Virus record (IMG/VR): IMGVR_UViG_3300025158_000002
Coordinates: 1 to 48,018 of that record
Reading direction: 5' to 3' (one strand)
DNA: 48,018 nucleotides
Source: a virus
Taxonomy: Duplodnaviria; Caudoviricetes
Shown: positions 27,844 to 37,915 of the stretch, piece after piece
Layout: each line of letters starts with the position of its first letter
Position numbering within the stretch: position 1 is the stretch's first letter
Notes under the pieces: model-generated
The model's database searches: none
What the model was told of the DNA's origin: nothing
Seen by the model: the letters and a program-made list of their open reading frames with translations, nothing else
Position numbers and translations under genes: made by a program

Positions 27844-30800
27844 TTACTTGTTCCAATATCTTAAGTCCGATTTGCCGCTTCTTGCGTTTGCTAAAGTTCC
27901 TTTGGCAACAATGCTTCCAAGATCGTCAGTCCGTATAACCATCTCTGTCTTGCTATTGTTTGCAGAATTATTATTGGCTCTATCAAAAGACATATTTGAA
28001 TATATAGGAGATTGTTGACTATTGCTATTATTATCTCCAGATGTATTAAAACCTCTATATGAAAAAACTTGATTGCCAGAGCCAGAGCCACCAGAAGATG
28101 TTGACCCATATTTCTGCGATAAGATTCTGTAAGCAGAAGCGATACCAGCAGCTCTTGTTGCCCATGCAATAGGAGTAGCATAAGCTCCTCCTGCTGCAAG
28201 AGTCTTAGTAAAAGCTAACTCCGAGTTCATTATAGCTTGACCAGCATTTGCAAACTTGCTTACGTTAAACATTGTTTCTTCGCTTGCTCCCATAAATGTA
28301 AGCGTTCCCATTAAGGAGTCGTTTACTGTCGAGTAGTACATATTTGCAATAGCAGCTTGAGCATCAAAGCCCTCCTGATTGATAGCAATTTTATCTTTTA
28401 CATACTGCCGCTCTAAGTCCAAGAGCTTGGTTTTTTTATCTATACCTTCTTGCATAGAAGCTTCTGTATATGCCTTATCTGCAGTGTATTGGTCTTCAAG
28501 CAATTTAAGCTTGTCTTCTCTTTCTTTGTCTACTGCGGCAGAGAACACTGGCGCAATAGCTGAAGAAGGAAGATCTTTTTTATCAGAAGTTGCAAAAAAC
28601 GCTTTAGCCATAGGAGCTTCTCCGCGTTGTTGACGCTTAGAGTTTTCAAGGTTATATAAAGCTTGAGCTTCTTTTTGCTTTATGTCAAGTTTTGCTTTTC
28701 TGTGCCTTTCGTTTTCTTCTTCTATTTTTAGATTATACTCTTCTATTGTAGAATAAACTCCTTTTGAAAGATCTTCGTTTATCTGAGATATTTTTGCAGA
28801 GTGAGTTTTATCTTCAACTTTTTCTTTAGTTCTAAAATTATCGGTAGCTTCTGATAATCTTTCAAAGTGAAGAAATGTTAAAGAGTACTTAGAATCTCTT
28901 ACAGTCTTTTCTACATCTGCAATTTCTTTATCTCGCTTTAACTGCTTGTCATACTTTTCTTTAGCAACTTCGGATTTAAGTTTAGCTTCGTTTTTATTCT
29001 TAGATATATTTGCAAGAAGTTCTTCTTTATTTTGTCTGTCTATTATAAGTTGTATCTTCTTTGCAGAGTCTGTCTCAAGTCTTATTTCTTCATTAAGCTT
29101 TGCTATCTGTAGATTATAAACTGCTGTGTTATGCTTTTGGTCTAAAGATAATTGAAGATCATCGTATTTTTTATTTATCTTTTTCTCTTCTTTTCTTCTT
29201 TCAGCTTTCTTGCCAGTCCACTTTCCTTTAAATAAATCAAGTTCTGCAAGTTCTATTTCTCTCATAGCCTTTATTTCTTTAGACCTTTTCGCATATGATG
29301 AAATCGTATTTACTTCTTCTGCTCTTAACGAAGTTTCAAGCATGGTAAGATTTTTGTCAAGTTCTCTTCCCAGAAACCTAGAATATTCTTCAAAGTTTAT
29401 TATTGCTGGTCTTGTATTTAAAGTAACTATCTCTGCTTCTATGTCTGCTTTTTTTTGAGCTAACGAAGCTTCAAGATCATCGTACCCTTTTCTTATGATA
29501 TCGATAGCCTTCTTATTATCATTCGCAGCTTTAGCTTCATCAACCATATTGCCAAATGGATTTATTTTTGAATTTGGAAGCCATGATTTATAAAGTTTAT
29601 CTGCTTTAATTATTATATCAGAAATTCCATCTTGCGTAAGACCAGCAGATTCGTCAAGCTCATTCATCTTGTCTTTTAATGCGTCAACATATGAAGATAT
29701 ATTTTCAACCTCATTGTTCTTTTTTGCAAGTTCTAAAAATATAGGAGACGACAAGGCTCTCTCCATATTCTTCTTTTTTATCTCAAGATTGTCTATTGCA
29801 TTTTCTATATCTTTATAGCTTTTTACTATCTTTTTACTCCCTTCGAAAAAGACTATTTCAGAAGAGCCTACAATATCAACTTGGGTTAGCAAAGATTTTA
29901 ACTCGGAAATTTTAGAAGTAACTTCTGATATTGAATTTTTTACACCTTCTGGTATAAGGTCTTCTCTAAGTAGCTGAAATTCCTCTCCAAGATCTTCTGA
30001 CTTTATATCATAAAGAGCATCTCCTAGCTTTGTTATACTTGGTACAAAGTCAACAGTAGACGATGCAAGTTTATCTTGACTTTCTTCATACATCCTCCAG
30101 GCTTCCATTGCAAAAAGAATAGCAGAAGGAAGAACTGAGCCCATTAAGAATATAAGACCTCCAGGTCCTTTAAGGCTATTTTTAAGAACATCGAAGACGC
30201 TTATCATATCTTCGTTTCCTTTGCCAGCAGCCCTCGCTGCAATATTATATTTTTCAACAGACTTCTTTAAGAAATCAAAAGAACCTACAGTTTGCGAGAT
30301 GTTATTGGCAATACCTCTAAATCCGTAAGGAGCATCCTGAACAATATATCCAGCTTGAGACATGAAGTAATTTGCATACTTGTCTACATCTTGATTGTCA
30401 AATTGAGTTCCACCTCCTGATGAAAAGTTTCCTCCAAATTGACCAGCTCCAGATTGCGCGGCTTTCGCAGCTTCAGCAGTTTCGGTTCTTTTTCTCGCTG
30501 CAGATTCTGTCTCTTCGAGTCTTTTACGAAGAGTAAGCTCGGACTTTGCCACTCTTATATTCATAGCCTCCATATCTATGCCAGCGGCTTCAAGTCTTTG
30601 CATCTCCTCTCTAACGTCTCTTAATCGAGTTTCAAGAACTGCAATGCTATTTATAGTCTCGGTTTTTACATCGAGATCTATCTGCCCCATCATATTAGTA
30701 ATCTTGCCTTTTTTCTGAGAGTCTGTCAACTGCCTTTCAGGAGGCGGAAGCGTAATAAGTTGTCCGAGATTTGCTTCTTCTTCGGCTTCTTTTTGTTTTT

Positions 30801-31860
30801 TTGCAGCTTCTGCTTTTTTCTCTATAAGCTTGATGTTTTTAGAAATAGCTTCAGACAACCTCAATTCTAAAGTAGCTACCTTTTCTCCAGAAGCTTCAAT
30901 CTCTCTGAGTATCGGTCTTAATGATTCAAGTTGAGCATTAGCCTGCTCTGGGCTAGCCCATCCCTCTTTTTGAGCAAGTTTTACAGTTGCCATTCCTTCG
31001 CTAAATTCTTTTTTCAATGAAGGTACAGACGGCTTTGCAGGAGCTTCAATTTTTACTGAGTTTTTCTTTTTCTCTTCTTCTGTTTGTCTTTTTAATTCTT
31101 CTGTAAGTTCTTTTTCTTTTTTAAGTCTTTTATTAACAAGTTCAACAGAAGCGTTTAAAGCCTTCTGATACTTTATGTTAATATCTAAAGTGCTAATCCC
31201 AGACTCTCTAATCTCGTCTATGTCTCGTTTTATCTTCGCATACAATCTTTGTACGACTTGAAGATTTGGCACAGCCTGAACTTGAGTCAGTCCAGTAGCT
31301 CTTTTTATACTTGTCTCTACTTCGGATATGGAAGGCGGAAGTTTAAACTTTGATGTCCTATCTTCGACTTTGGCTACTTCAGAAGGGACTGAAACTGTAG
31401 GCAAATTAAATCTTGATGCTCTTTCGCTTACGTTCATTTCAGAAGCAGACTTTGGCTTTACTTCTGAATTAGCCTTGTTTAGTCTCTCTTGAGCTGCTAT
31501 CCTATTTAAGATAGCTTTAGTTAATCTTGTATGATTATTTAAAATATTCCTCTCAATAGTATCTGTAGCTACAAGGTCTTTTCTGAGCTCTTCTAAAGTG
31601 CCATTTAGTTCTTCATAAGCTTTGTCAAGTTCTTCTACTGTGTTTATTTCTTTGCGCTTTACTTTTACATCTATCGCAGCAAGCTTTTGAGTTATGGAAG
31701 ATTTTCTGTCTGATACTGAAAGTTCATTAAAACTAGAACTACCTCTTTTTTCAATAAACTTCCCGACATCAACAATCTTTTGCATCTCCTTTGCTATCTT
31801 GTCGATTCTTTCGATATCTCCTATTACGTTTACCTTGAGGTCTATCTGCTTCTTTTCCAT
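27844..31860 (-). CDS. Tail tape measure protein
   Basis: 1338 aa, coiled-coil; QDAPYGFRGIANNISQ motif; C-terminal amphipathic A/G-rich helices; follows the chaperone pair. Confidence 0.88.
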   Translation of the reverse strand: MEKKQIDLKVNVIGDIERIDKIAKEMQKIVDVGKFIEKRGSSSFNELSVSDRKSSITQKLAAIDVKVKRKEINTVEELDKAYEELNGTLEELRKDLVATDTIERNILNNHTRLTKAILNRIAAQERLNKANSEVKPKSASEMNVSERASRFNLPTVSVPSEVAKVEDRTSKFKLPPSISEVETSIKRATGLTQVQAVPNLQVVQRLYAKIKRDIDEIRESGISTLDINIKYQKALNASVELVNKRLKKEKELTEELKRQTEEEKKKNSVKIEAPAKPSVPSLKKEFSEGMATVKLAQKEGWASPEQANAQLESLRPILREIEASGEKVATLELRLSEAISKNIKLIEKKAEAAKKQKEAEEEANLGQLITLPPPERQLTDSQKKGKITNMMGQIDLDVKTETINSIAVLETRLRDVREEMQRLEAAGIDMEAMNIRVAKSELTLRKRLEETESAARKRTETAEAAKAAQSGAGQFGGNFSSGGGTQFDNQDVDKYANYFMSQAGYIVQDAPYGFRGIANNISQTVGSFDFLKKSVEKYNIAARAAGKGNEDMISVFDVLKNSLKGPGGLIFLMGSVLPSAILFAMEAWRMYEESQDKLASSTVDFVPSITKLGDALYDIKSEDLGEEFQLLREDLIPEGVKNSISEVTSKISELKSLLTQVDIVGSSEIVFFEGSKKIVKSYKDIENAIDNLEIKKKNMERALSSPIFLELAKKNNEVENISSYVDALKDKMNELDESAGLTQDGISDIIIKADKLYKSWLPNSKINPFGNMVDEAKAANDNKKAIDIIRKGYDDLEASLAQKKADIEAEIVTLNTRPAIINFEEYSRFLGRELDKNLTMLETSLRAEEVNTISSYAKRSKEIKAMREIELAELDLFKGKWTGKKAERRKEEKKINKKYDDLQLSLDQKHNTAVYNLQIAKLNEEIRLETDSAKKIQLIIDRQNKEELLANISKNKNEAKLKSEVAKEKYDKQLKRDKEIADVEKTVRDSKYSLTFLHFERLSEATDNFRTKEKVEDKTHSAKISQINEDLSKGVYSTIEEYNLKIEEENERHRKAKLDIKQKEAQALYNLENSKRQQRGEAPMAKAFFATSDKKDLPSSAIAPVFSAAVDKEREDKLKLLEDQYTADKAYTEASMQEGIDKKTKLLDLERQYVKDKIAINQEGFDAQAAIANMYYSTVNDSLMGTLTFMGASEETMFNVSKFANAGQAIMNSELAFTKTLAAGGAYATPIAWATRAAGIASAYRILSQKYGSTSSGGSGSGNQVFSYRGFNTSGDNNSNSQQSPIYSNMSFDRANNNSANNSKTEMVIRTDDLGSIVAKGTLANARSGKSDLRYWNK

Positions 31861-31861
31861 A

Positions 31862-32308
31862 TTATTTAATATTTAATTTACTTGCCATTTTTCGATTTGC
31901 CTCTTGAGAAGCTTTTCTTTTGTATGCTATAACTTCTTTTGACTTTGGGTTCATCTCTTCTTTAAACGAGTTGTTTGTTCTATCTATGAAGTCCATTCGA
32001 AGTTTATTGTTTTCGGAATTTATGCAATATGAAATAGCCGTTATAAGGGCATCAAAATCTTTAAGGCTTACAATACCATTACTTTCTGATTTAGCAAAGG
32101 CATAAGACCGAATTTGACTATAAGATAAAGTCTTTAAAGGTAAAGTATGGATATTCAATAAATAAAAAAGCCTATTGATAGCATCATTCACTTCAATAGG
32201 CTTGTACAAGAATTTTGGTACGGAATTAACTTCTATTCCTGTTTTATAAGTCGGAAGGTCATTGCCTGAAGCGAGCTTGTATAGGAAGTATAAGCACTCA
32301 AAAAAAAA
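31862..32308 (-). CDS. Tail assembly chaperone C-terminal extension (gpGT-like), reached by -1 frameshift
   Basis: The -1 frame is open from the T9 slippery run (32300-32308) into ORF 31862..32209. Confidence 0.8.
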   Translation of the reverse strand, partial: FFFECLYFLYKLASGNDLPTYKTGIEVNSVPKFLYKPIEVNDAINRLFYLLNIHTLPLKTLSYSQIRSYAFAKSESNGIVSLKDFDALITAISYCINSENNKLRMDFIDRTNNSFKEEMNPKSKEVIAYKRKASQEANRKMASKLNIK

Positions 32309-32811
32309 GCTATGATAAAATCAAAGTCTGCAATAGTATTGACACAATCGTCAATAAGGTCTTCTTTGTTTTCATAGTCTATTAAATACTTCTTGTCAGA
32401 TGGCTCAAGTATAGCATATACTATCTTGTAGGATAAGTCTGTAAGTTTTAAGTCAATACTTGTAAGTTCTGAATATAACTCTTCGCTTTTCTTTGGCATC
32501 AAAGATTTAAAATTATCTACTTCCTTCTGAAGCATATCTATCGCAGAAGATTTATCCTCGTCTGTCGCTGAACGAATGGAGTTTATTAATGTGTCAATAT
32601 CGGCTTTTCTCGAAAGGTGAGATTTCCATTCTTTCGATTCTTCGAAGTCCTTAATTTGTTTTTGGACTTCATTGTATTTTTTGTGAAGGTCTTCTCTTTT
32701 TCTAATCTTTTTAATGATAGACATATAGCAGTCTCCATTAATAGAAAAAGAAACGTCTTCATTTAAGAAGACGTTTTTGACGACCAAGACTTGTTTGTCT
32801 GATGGTATCAT
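32233..32811 (-). CDS. Tail assembly chaperone (gpG-like)
   Basis: Lies between tail tube and tape measure; contains GCT TTT TTT TTG slippery site. Confidence 0.8.
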   Translation of the reverse strand: MIPSDKQVLVVKNVFLNEDVSFSINGDCYMSIIKKIRKREDLHKKYNEVQKQIKDFEESKEWKSHLSRKADIDTLINSIRSATDEDKSSAIDMLQKEVDNFKSLMPKKSEELYSELTSIDLKLTDLSYKIVYAILEPSDKKYLIDYENKEDLIDDCVNTIADFDFIIAFFLSAYTSYTSSLQAMTFRLIKQE

Positions 32812-32817
32812 AATTTT

Positions 32818-33786
32818 TTAAGCTTCGCTGTAAAGAGTATCAGCTGCGTTAAAGTGATAGATTAACTCTGTCTCATTTACTCCAGCATAGTAAGCTTGCA
32901 TTGCAGCTAACTCTGCAGGATTAAGAAGAACAAGACCACGAAGAGTCAATACTGTGGAGGCTTTTTCTCCTTTTCTTGGGTTCATGTTGTCTTTATCTAC
33001 TGCAACAAGTTTAGGACAAATTGTGTACAAGTCTCCTTCGTCTTCATCTCCTAAAGATGAAGTAAGGGTCATTACCCATTTTGTTTTAACAAGGCGTTCT
33101 TTTGGAACATACCCAGCAGCAGCAACTTTACTTGGAGCAACTCCGATAGTTGTAGTTCCAAGAAATATGTTAGTAACATCTCCCTCAATAAGCAAAGAAG
33201 GAGCTGACAAATAGCCAGAGCCAGGATTTGTTATAGTGACACTTGTAACAAGTCCAGATGCAACTACAGCAGTTCCAGTAGCCTGAACTCCGCCTACTGG
33301 AGGAGCTGTTATTACTAAAGCTATTGCAGGTCCATCGACAGAATCGGTAGCAGGGGATGTTATAGAAGCCGTAAGAACTGCTCCTTCAACATTGTTTTTA
33401 GAGAAAGCTACATTGGTATCTACTTCAACAATAGGATTACCTCCGTCTACAATAGCATCTAACTCGTGGCTAGAGCCGTTTACATTGATAGTAACTTCAA
33501 GAGATCGTTCAATGGTTCTGTCGTCAAGACTTCCGATGCCTGAACGAACAAGAGCTTTAATCTCTGCTGAAGTTTTTGTCTTTGTAAATTCAATTCCATC
33601 TTCATTAATGATAAAGTTTCCTTCATCGCCAATCTGATTGAATACTACAGAATTTGTTTTATTCAAATCTGCAAATGATTTTACCAATGGATTTGCACCT
33701 AAAAAGGCTTCCATTGGAGTGAGAAATACTTCCTTTGGGAAGAAAGTATAATTATCTCTATGCGCTATCTGAGAAGATGCAGCCAT
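32818..33786 (-). CDS. Major tail tube protein with inserted beta-rich domain
   Basis: Position before the chaperones; DGIEF...LEVTI tube-like core; insert ATGTAVVASGLVTSVTITNPGSGYLSAP. Confidence 0.7.
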   Translation of the reverse strand: MAASSQIAHRDNYTFFPKEVFLTPMEAFLGANPLVKSFADLNKTNSVVFNQIGDEGNFIINEDGIEFTKTKTSAEIKALVRSGIGSLDDRTIERSLEVTINVNGSSHELDAIVDGGNPIVEVDTNVAFSKNNVEGAVLTASITSPATDSVDGPAIALVITAPPVGGVQATGTAVVASGLVTSVTITNPGSGYLSAPSLLIEGDVTNIFLGTTTIGVAPSKVAAAGYVPKERLVKTKWVMTLTSSLGDEDEGDLYTICPKLVAVDKDNMNPRKGEKASTVLTLRGLVLLNPAELAAMQAYYAGVNETELIYHFNAADTLYSEA

Positions 33787-34350
33787 TTATTTGGTCTCCC
33801 AATTTAATTTGATTCTATTCAAGTACCATCCAAACATGAATGCTTCTTGGTTTTTATCTTTTTCTGCAAAGCGATTTAACTCGTATGCGTGTTCAACAAT
33901 CATAAAAGTAGATACTACATGATTGACTTGTTCAAGCTTTCTTTTTGACGCTAAAGACTTTAAAGCTTCTATGGTTTTACTTCCGATAGAACCATCTTCT
34001 TTAATATCTTTATAGTCTATCTCGTTTCTATTGAAAGCATTTAAAGCCTTCTGAAGAAAAACTGAAGCATCTTTAACTCCTCTGTGAACTGCAATTTCAA
34101 ACGCTACCTTAGCTATGACTTCAGAAGTAGCAGATATTTCATCTCCTTTAATCTTGTCCCAATAGCCTTTTTTGTAGATTTGCTGCGCTTGCTCAAGAGT
34201 CATTTCTGACATTTCGCCCTCGTATCCAAAAGCCTTAGCAGTAGTTTTTGTAACTCCGTATGCAGTCTCTCCTCCTTTATCGAAGGGGTGATTTGCATAA
34301 CCACCCTCGATAAGGATTAACGCTTCGAATGATCTTTTAAAAGAATACAT
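33787..34350 (-). CDS. Glycoside hydrolase family 108 endolysin with peptidoglycan-binding C-terminus
   Basis: EGGYANHPFDKGGETAYGVT, IYKKGYWD, DGSIGSKT, QEAFMFGWYLNRI. Confidence 0.92.
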   Translation of the reverse strand: MYSFKRSFEALILIEGGYANHPFDKGGETAYGVTKTTAKAFGYEGEMSEMTLEQAQQIYKKGYWDKIKGDEISATSEVIAKVAFEIAVHRGVKDASVFLQKALNAFNRNEIDYKDIKEDGSIGSKTIEALKSLASKRKLEQVNHVVSTFMIVEHAYELNRFAEKDKNQEAFMFGWYLNRIKLNWETK

Positions 34351-34363
34351 TTGAAACTCCGGA

Positions 34364-35326
34364 CTATGCCAATACGTCTGCTATACCGTAACCGCACTCC
34401 TTGTCGATTACCTTCAAGTCCCAAAAAGCAGATACTTTTACTTCTTCAGACTCAGTTTCTTCGCTATATCCAGTATAAACCTGCATCCAGCGTCTTTTCA
34501 TTGTGTCATAATAAAAAGTAGTAGCAAATGTTATTTTCTGACGAGATTGAGAAGATTTATCTACATAGTAAACACCGCAATGGTCTCCTTGCCATAAGAA
34601 GTCTTTTTCTTCAGAAACGCCTGGAGTAGTGTCAGCTAAGAAATAAGGAACAATGCAAGTTTCAACTTCTAAGTAAGAAGCTAATTTCTCGAGTGTTACC
34701 ATTCCGTTCTGAGTATACTTGATTACGTCACGAATCTCATTGTCTTGTGTAGAAATCTTATTAAAGACTTCTGTAGACATTACGACAGTATTTGCACGCT
34801 TGCCAGTTTTCTTGTAAACCGCATCTTTTGCAGTTAACAAGTCAGCTTTAATAGCTGCTCCTGCGGCATCCCATTTAACAGTTGGAGTATGACCTCCGCC
34901 TAATAGAGATTTAAAAGCTCCTAAGTTTGCAGCCCATGCAATATCGTGAACTTCTCTCTCATGTGCAGTTTTAATTGCAGTAACAATGTCGCTTGCAGTT
35001 TGCATTTGCTCTTCGATAACTTGAAACTCTTGAGTTCCTTCAAGTAATTCAAAAGGAATCTCTTCAGTAAGTACGTGGTCAACGCATCTGAAGTTATCAA
35101 TTGAACGACCTTTTCTCTCTTGGCGCTGACCTGCAGAACCTGGAGCTCTTACTAATGTTACGTCTGGAGATTTGTCTGATTTAGAACGGTCAACTCTGTA
35201 AAAGTCACCAGAAAGCTGGTCTGACTTTACAAGAGGAGCTAACATTCCTCCAATTCCTGGCTCGCCAAGACTTTTTTGGTAATAAACGTTTGTTAATACC
35301 TTGTTCTTTTTTAGATAATTACTCAC
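34364..35326 (-). CDS. Major capsid protein (HK97 fold)
   Basis: 320 aa, GTG start after AGGAG; LTNV...LAPLV...RAPGS...EREV...KW pattern; follows protease, scaffold and decoration genes. Confidence 0.8.
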   Translation of the reverse strand: MSNYLKKNKVLTNVYYQKSLGEPGIGGMLAPLVKSDQLSGDFYRVDRSKSDKSPDVTLVRAPGSAGQRQERKGRSIDNFRCVDHVLTEEIPFELLEGTQEFQVIEEQMQTASDIVTAIKTAHEREVHDIAWAANLGAFKSLLGGGHTPTVKWDAAGAAIKADLLTAKDAVYKKTGKRANTVVMSTEVFNKISTQDNEIRDVIKYTQNGMVTLEKLASYLEVETCIVPYFLADTTPGVSEEKDFLWQGDHCGVYYVDKSSQSRQKITFATTFYYDTMKRRWMQVYTGYSEETESEEVKVSAFWDLKVIDKECGYGIADVLA

Positions 35327-35340
35327 CTTTTAACTCCTAA

Positions 35341-35691
35341 TTAAAATATGTTTACGTCAAGGCAGTTTACCCAAGCTGGTGCTAATTCACCTGCTCCGCT
35401 ATTAGCGCCTTGAAGAGTGCCAACAACTCTATTTGCTGTAGTAGCAGCAGAAACTAGCCCACCTGCTCCAACTGCGAACTGCTCGCCAAATGCTCCACCA
35501 GACAATATTCTTGCTACTGGAGCAAAGCCTAGTCTTACAACTGCAACATAAACACCAGCGTCTGCTTTGTCAAGAGTAAATCCAAATGGAACTCCAGATG
35601 TAACAATAGCTCCAGCAGAATTAACTGCAATACCTTTTTCTAATGCAGTAGCAGCTTTAACCGTTCCGCTTACAATAATCTCTCTGCGCAT
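35341..35691 (-). CDS. Head decoration/capsid cement protein (DUF2190-like)
   Basis: 116 aa, G/A/V-rich beta protein directly upstream of the capsid gene. Confidence 0.65.
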   Translation of the reverse strand: MRREIIVSGTVKAATALEKGIAVNSAGAIVTSGVPFGFTLDKADAGVYVAVVRLGFAPVARILSGGAFGEQFAVGAGGLVSAATTANRVVGTLQGANSGAGELAPAWVNCLDVNIF

Positions 35692-36242
35692 TACTTAGCT
35701 CCTTTATTTTCTAAAATGAATTTTGAGAACTTCTCTTCGTTTAGTGCAATGCGAGTAGCTGCCTCAAAAGACATATTTTTGTCGATCTTCATAATTTTGC
35801 TTACTTTTTTATCAAGCTCGCCTGTGTCGTCATCTTCGTCTCTTTCAGACTCTGACGCTCCAGATAACTCTTTACGCAATGTCATGTTTACTCCATGAGC
35901 AACACAAATTGTTTTCATATCTTCCATTAAAGAATTTCTATCTTCTTCTGTAGAAGCTACAACGTATTTTTTAGCTTTTGCTTCAAGCTTAGGTAAAGAC
36001 TCTTTACCTAAAAATCTGCCACTTTCATTCTGAACCTGACGAACCATAGCTTCAACTCTGACATCTTGTACATTCTTAGAGAATGTTAAGATTTGCTCTT
36101 CGAGTTCTGTAACTCGCTTAGTCATTGCAGCTGCTGTGTCGCGAAGGTCAGCCTGAGAAGACATAATTTCTTTTACTCGCATAATAGCTTGAGCAGCATT
36201 GCTGTCTAAGCTTAACCCAAGTGCTTTAAGAATTTCTTCCAT
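35691..36242 (-). CDS. Capsid scaffolding protein
   Basis: Helical, ILKALGL start, acidic linker, C-terminal MSFEAATRIA helix. Confidence 0.65.
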   Translation of the reverse strand: MEEILKALGLSLDSNAAQAIMRVKEIMSSQADLRDTAAAMTKRVTELEEQILTFSKNVQDVRVEAMVRQVQNESGRFLGKESLPKLEAKAKKYVVASTEEDRNSLMEDMKTICVAHGVNMTLRKELSGASESERDEDDDTGELDKKVSKIMKIDKNMSFEAATRIALNEEKFSKFILENKGAK

Positions 36243-36931
36243 GATTCCTCGAACATTATTGATTTGTTGTTTAATGGAGTGTAAAGTCCATTTTTATTGA
36301 CTATTTCTAAGTTAGGCTGATTATTTGCGAATAGCAACATAGCCTTAACGTTATTAGGCGCTTCTTTATAAAGGTCTGACATCTGCCTAACTGGTATAGG
36401 CTCGGTAGAAACGTCTCCATCTACTACCTCGTCTACGAATCCCATTGTCAAGCATTCTTCCGCAGTGAAGTAAGCATTTGACCGCATTACCTTCAGGCAG
36501 AAATCTTTATTGAGTCCAGTTCTCTCCGAATACATCGAAGAGCCTATATCTCCAATTTTTTTGACGTGTTCTTGCTCTAGCTCCATTTCATCCTCTGTAC
36601 CCCAAGCAAAACCTGAAGGCATATGAATGAAGTGCATAGCAGTTCGCTGCATCTTGACTTTGCCATTAGGGCTATTTTTTGGAATAGCAGTCATTAGAAT
36701 AGTAGCCATACTTCCTGAAAAAGAATCATTGATAATATCTATCTCGGCATCTTTCTGAACAGCTCTTCTGATAGCAGAGTGCATCTGCCATCCAGCGTAA
36801 ACAGAACCTCCTCCTGAGTTAATTCTTATCTCTGTCTTTTCTTTAGAAGCAACTGCCTTGTCAAGGCTAAGCACAAACTCGGAAGGATTTACATCCCACC
36901 CGATTACGCCAGATATGTTTATAATAGGCAT
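36212..36931 (-). CDS. ClpP-like prohead maturation protease
   Basis: ISGVIGWD, IRINSGGGSV, SGSMAT, FIHMP, YSERTG, YFTAEECLTMGFVDEV. Confidence 0.9.
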   Translation of the reverse strand: MPIINISGVIGWDVNPSEFVLSLDKAVASKEKTEIRINSGGGSVYAGWQMHSAIRRAVQKDAEIDIINDSFSGSMATILMTAIPKNSPNGKVKMQRTAMHFIHMPSGFAWGTEDEMELEQEHVKKIGDIGSSMYSERTGLNKDFCLKVMRSNAYFTAEECLTMGFVDEVVDGDVSTEPIPVRQMSDLYKEAPNNVKAMLLFANNQPNLEIVNKNGLYTPLNNKSIMFEESWKKFLKHLG

Positions 36932-36932
36932 A

Positions 36933-37415
36933 TTAGTACTCCATATATTTTATGGATAGGTCAAGTTGAACCATATCCATTTCTTCGTTATTGAAGAGGG
37001 TTTTTCTTTGCTTCTTTTTAAAGTAGCAAATTTGTTTAGGAGGAAGGCTTATCGGATTTGGACTTAACTTCCCCCATATTTTTTTAACTATCGCATTTGC
37101 TCTTCTTGGCAAATTTTTAGTATTCTGCTGAGAATAAATCTTAGAAACTGCAACATATATAGAAACTCCTTCTGTGGCTTCCGAAAAGCTTCCAGATGTA
37201 CTTGAGTCTGAATATACAGTTGAGAAGGAGCGAATTATTATATGAGCTCCGTTTGTCTGTATTCCATTCAAGCATTTTTTATATATATCAGCCGATAAAG
37301 TCTCGTGATTTATCTCTATTATAAAAGCTTCTCCAAATACTTTTAAAGCAAGGTCTCTCGCTTGCTTCTCTATTTCAGAAGGATAATCGAACTCTTGTAA
37401 TTCCTGATATGTCAT
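36933..37415 (-). CDS. Head-tail joining/tail terminator-like protein (Mu gp37-like by position)
   Basis: 160 aa following the gp36-like gene. Confidence 0.45.
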   Translation of the reverse strand: MTYQELQEFDYPSEIEKQARDLALKVFGEAFIIEINHETLSADIYKKCLNGIQTNGAHIIIRSFSTVYSDSSTSGSFSEATEGVSIYVAVSKIYSQQNTKNLPRRANAIVKKIWGKLSPNPISLPPKQICYFKKKQRKTLFNNEEMDMVQLDLSIKYMEY

Positions 37416-37888
37416 ATATTCATCCTTCGCCCGTATTCGCCAACTTCGTCTTGTATGTAATCAGGAGGCAATAAAGCCCCAGACACAAGAAGATCTGTAG
37501 ACTGAATCGCATCGACAAGAAGTATAGAGCCAAGCGCTATCTTCTCGAGTTGCAATAAAGTAGCCTTATGCTTATAATACTGTTCTGTATTAACTCCTTT
37601 TGAAGAGTACAATTCATAAGCTGCGATTGAATAGCAAATTATTCTCAGAAGGTAAATAGACCTTTTAGATTCTGCTGGAACTGGAACTATATAGTTACCA
37701 GTATTTAGATAACTGTCAACTAGCGTCTCTGCTGCGAATAGTGCATCTTTTATCTTGTCATTGTTTATTTCTACACTATTTGGAACATCTGAAGTTAGTA
37801 TTCCAGCCTGACCTTTGGAGATCCATAGGGAAAATCCATCTACTGTAGTATAGTAAAGACCTTCGTTTAATACTTCGATTTCTTCCAT
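37412..37888 (-). CDS. Mu gp36-like head-tail connector (DUF1320)
   Basis: YTT...DALFAAETLVDSYL...YIVPV...ICYSIAAYELY...LEKIALGSILL. Confidence 0.75.
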   Translation of the reverse strand: MEEIEVLNEGLYYTTVDGFSLWISKGQAGILTSDVPNSVEINNDKIKDALFAAETLVDSYLNTGNYIVPVPAESKRSIYLLRIICYSIAAYELYSSKGVNTEQYYKHKATLLQLEKIALGSILLVDAIQSTDLLVSGALLPPDYIQDEVGEYGRRMNI

Positions 37889-37915
37889 TGTAGAAAATTA
37901 AGCGTTATAAATTAT

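Noticed and set aside
35691-36931. Programmed frameshift fusing ClpP protease and scaffold
   Set aside because: The 31-bp overlap has no obvious slippery heptamer, and the scaffold has its own GAGGA plus ATG.
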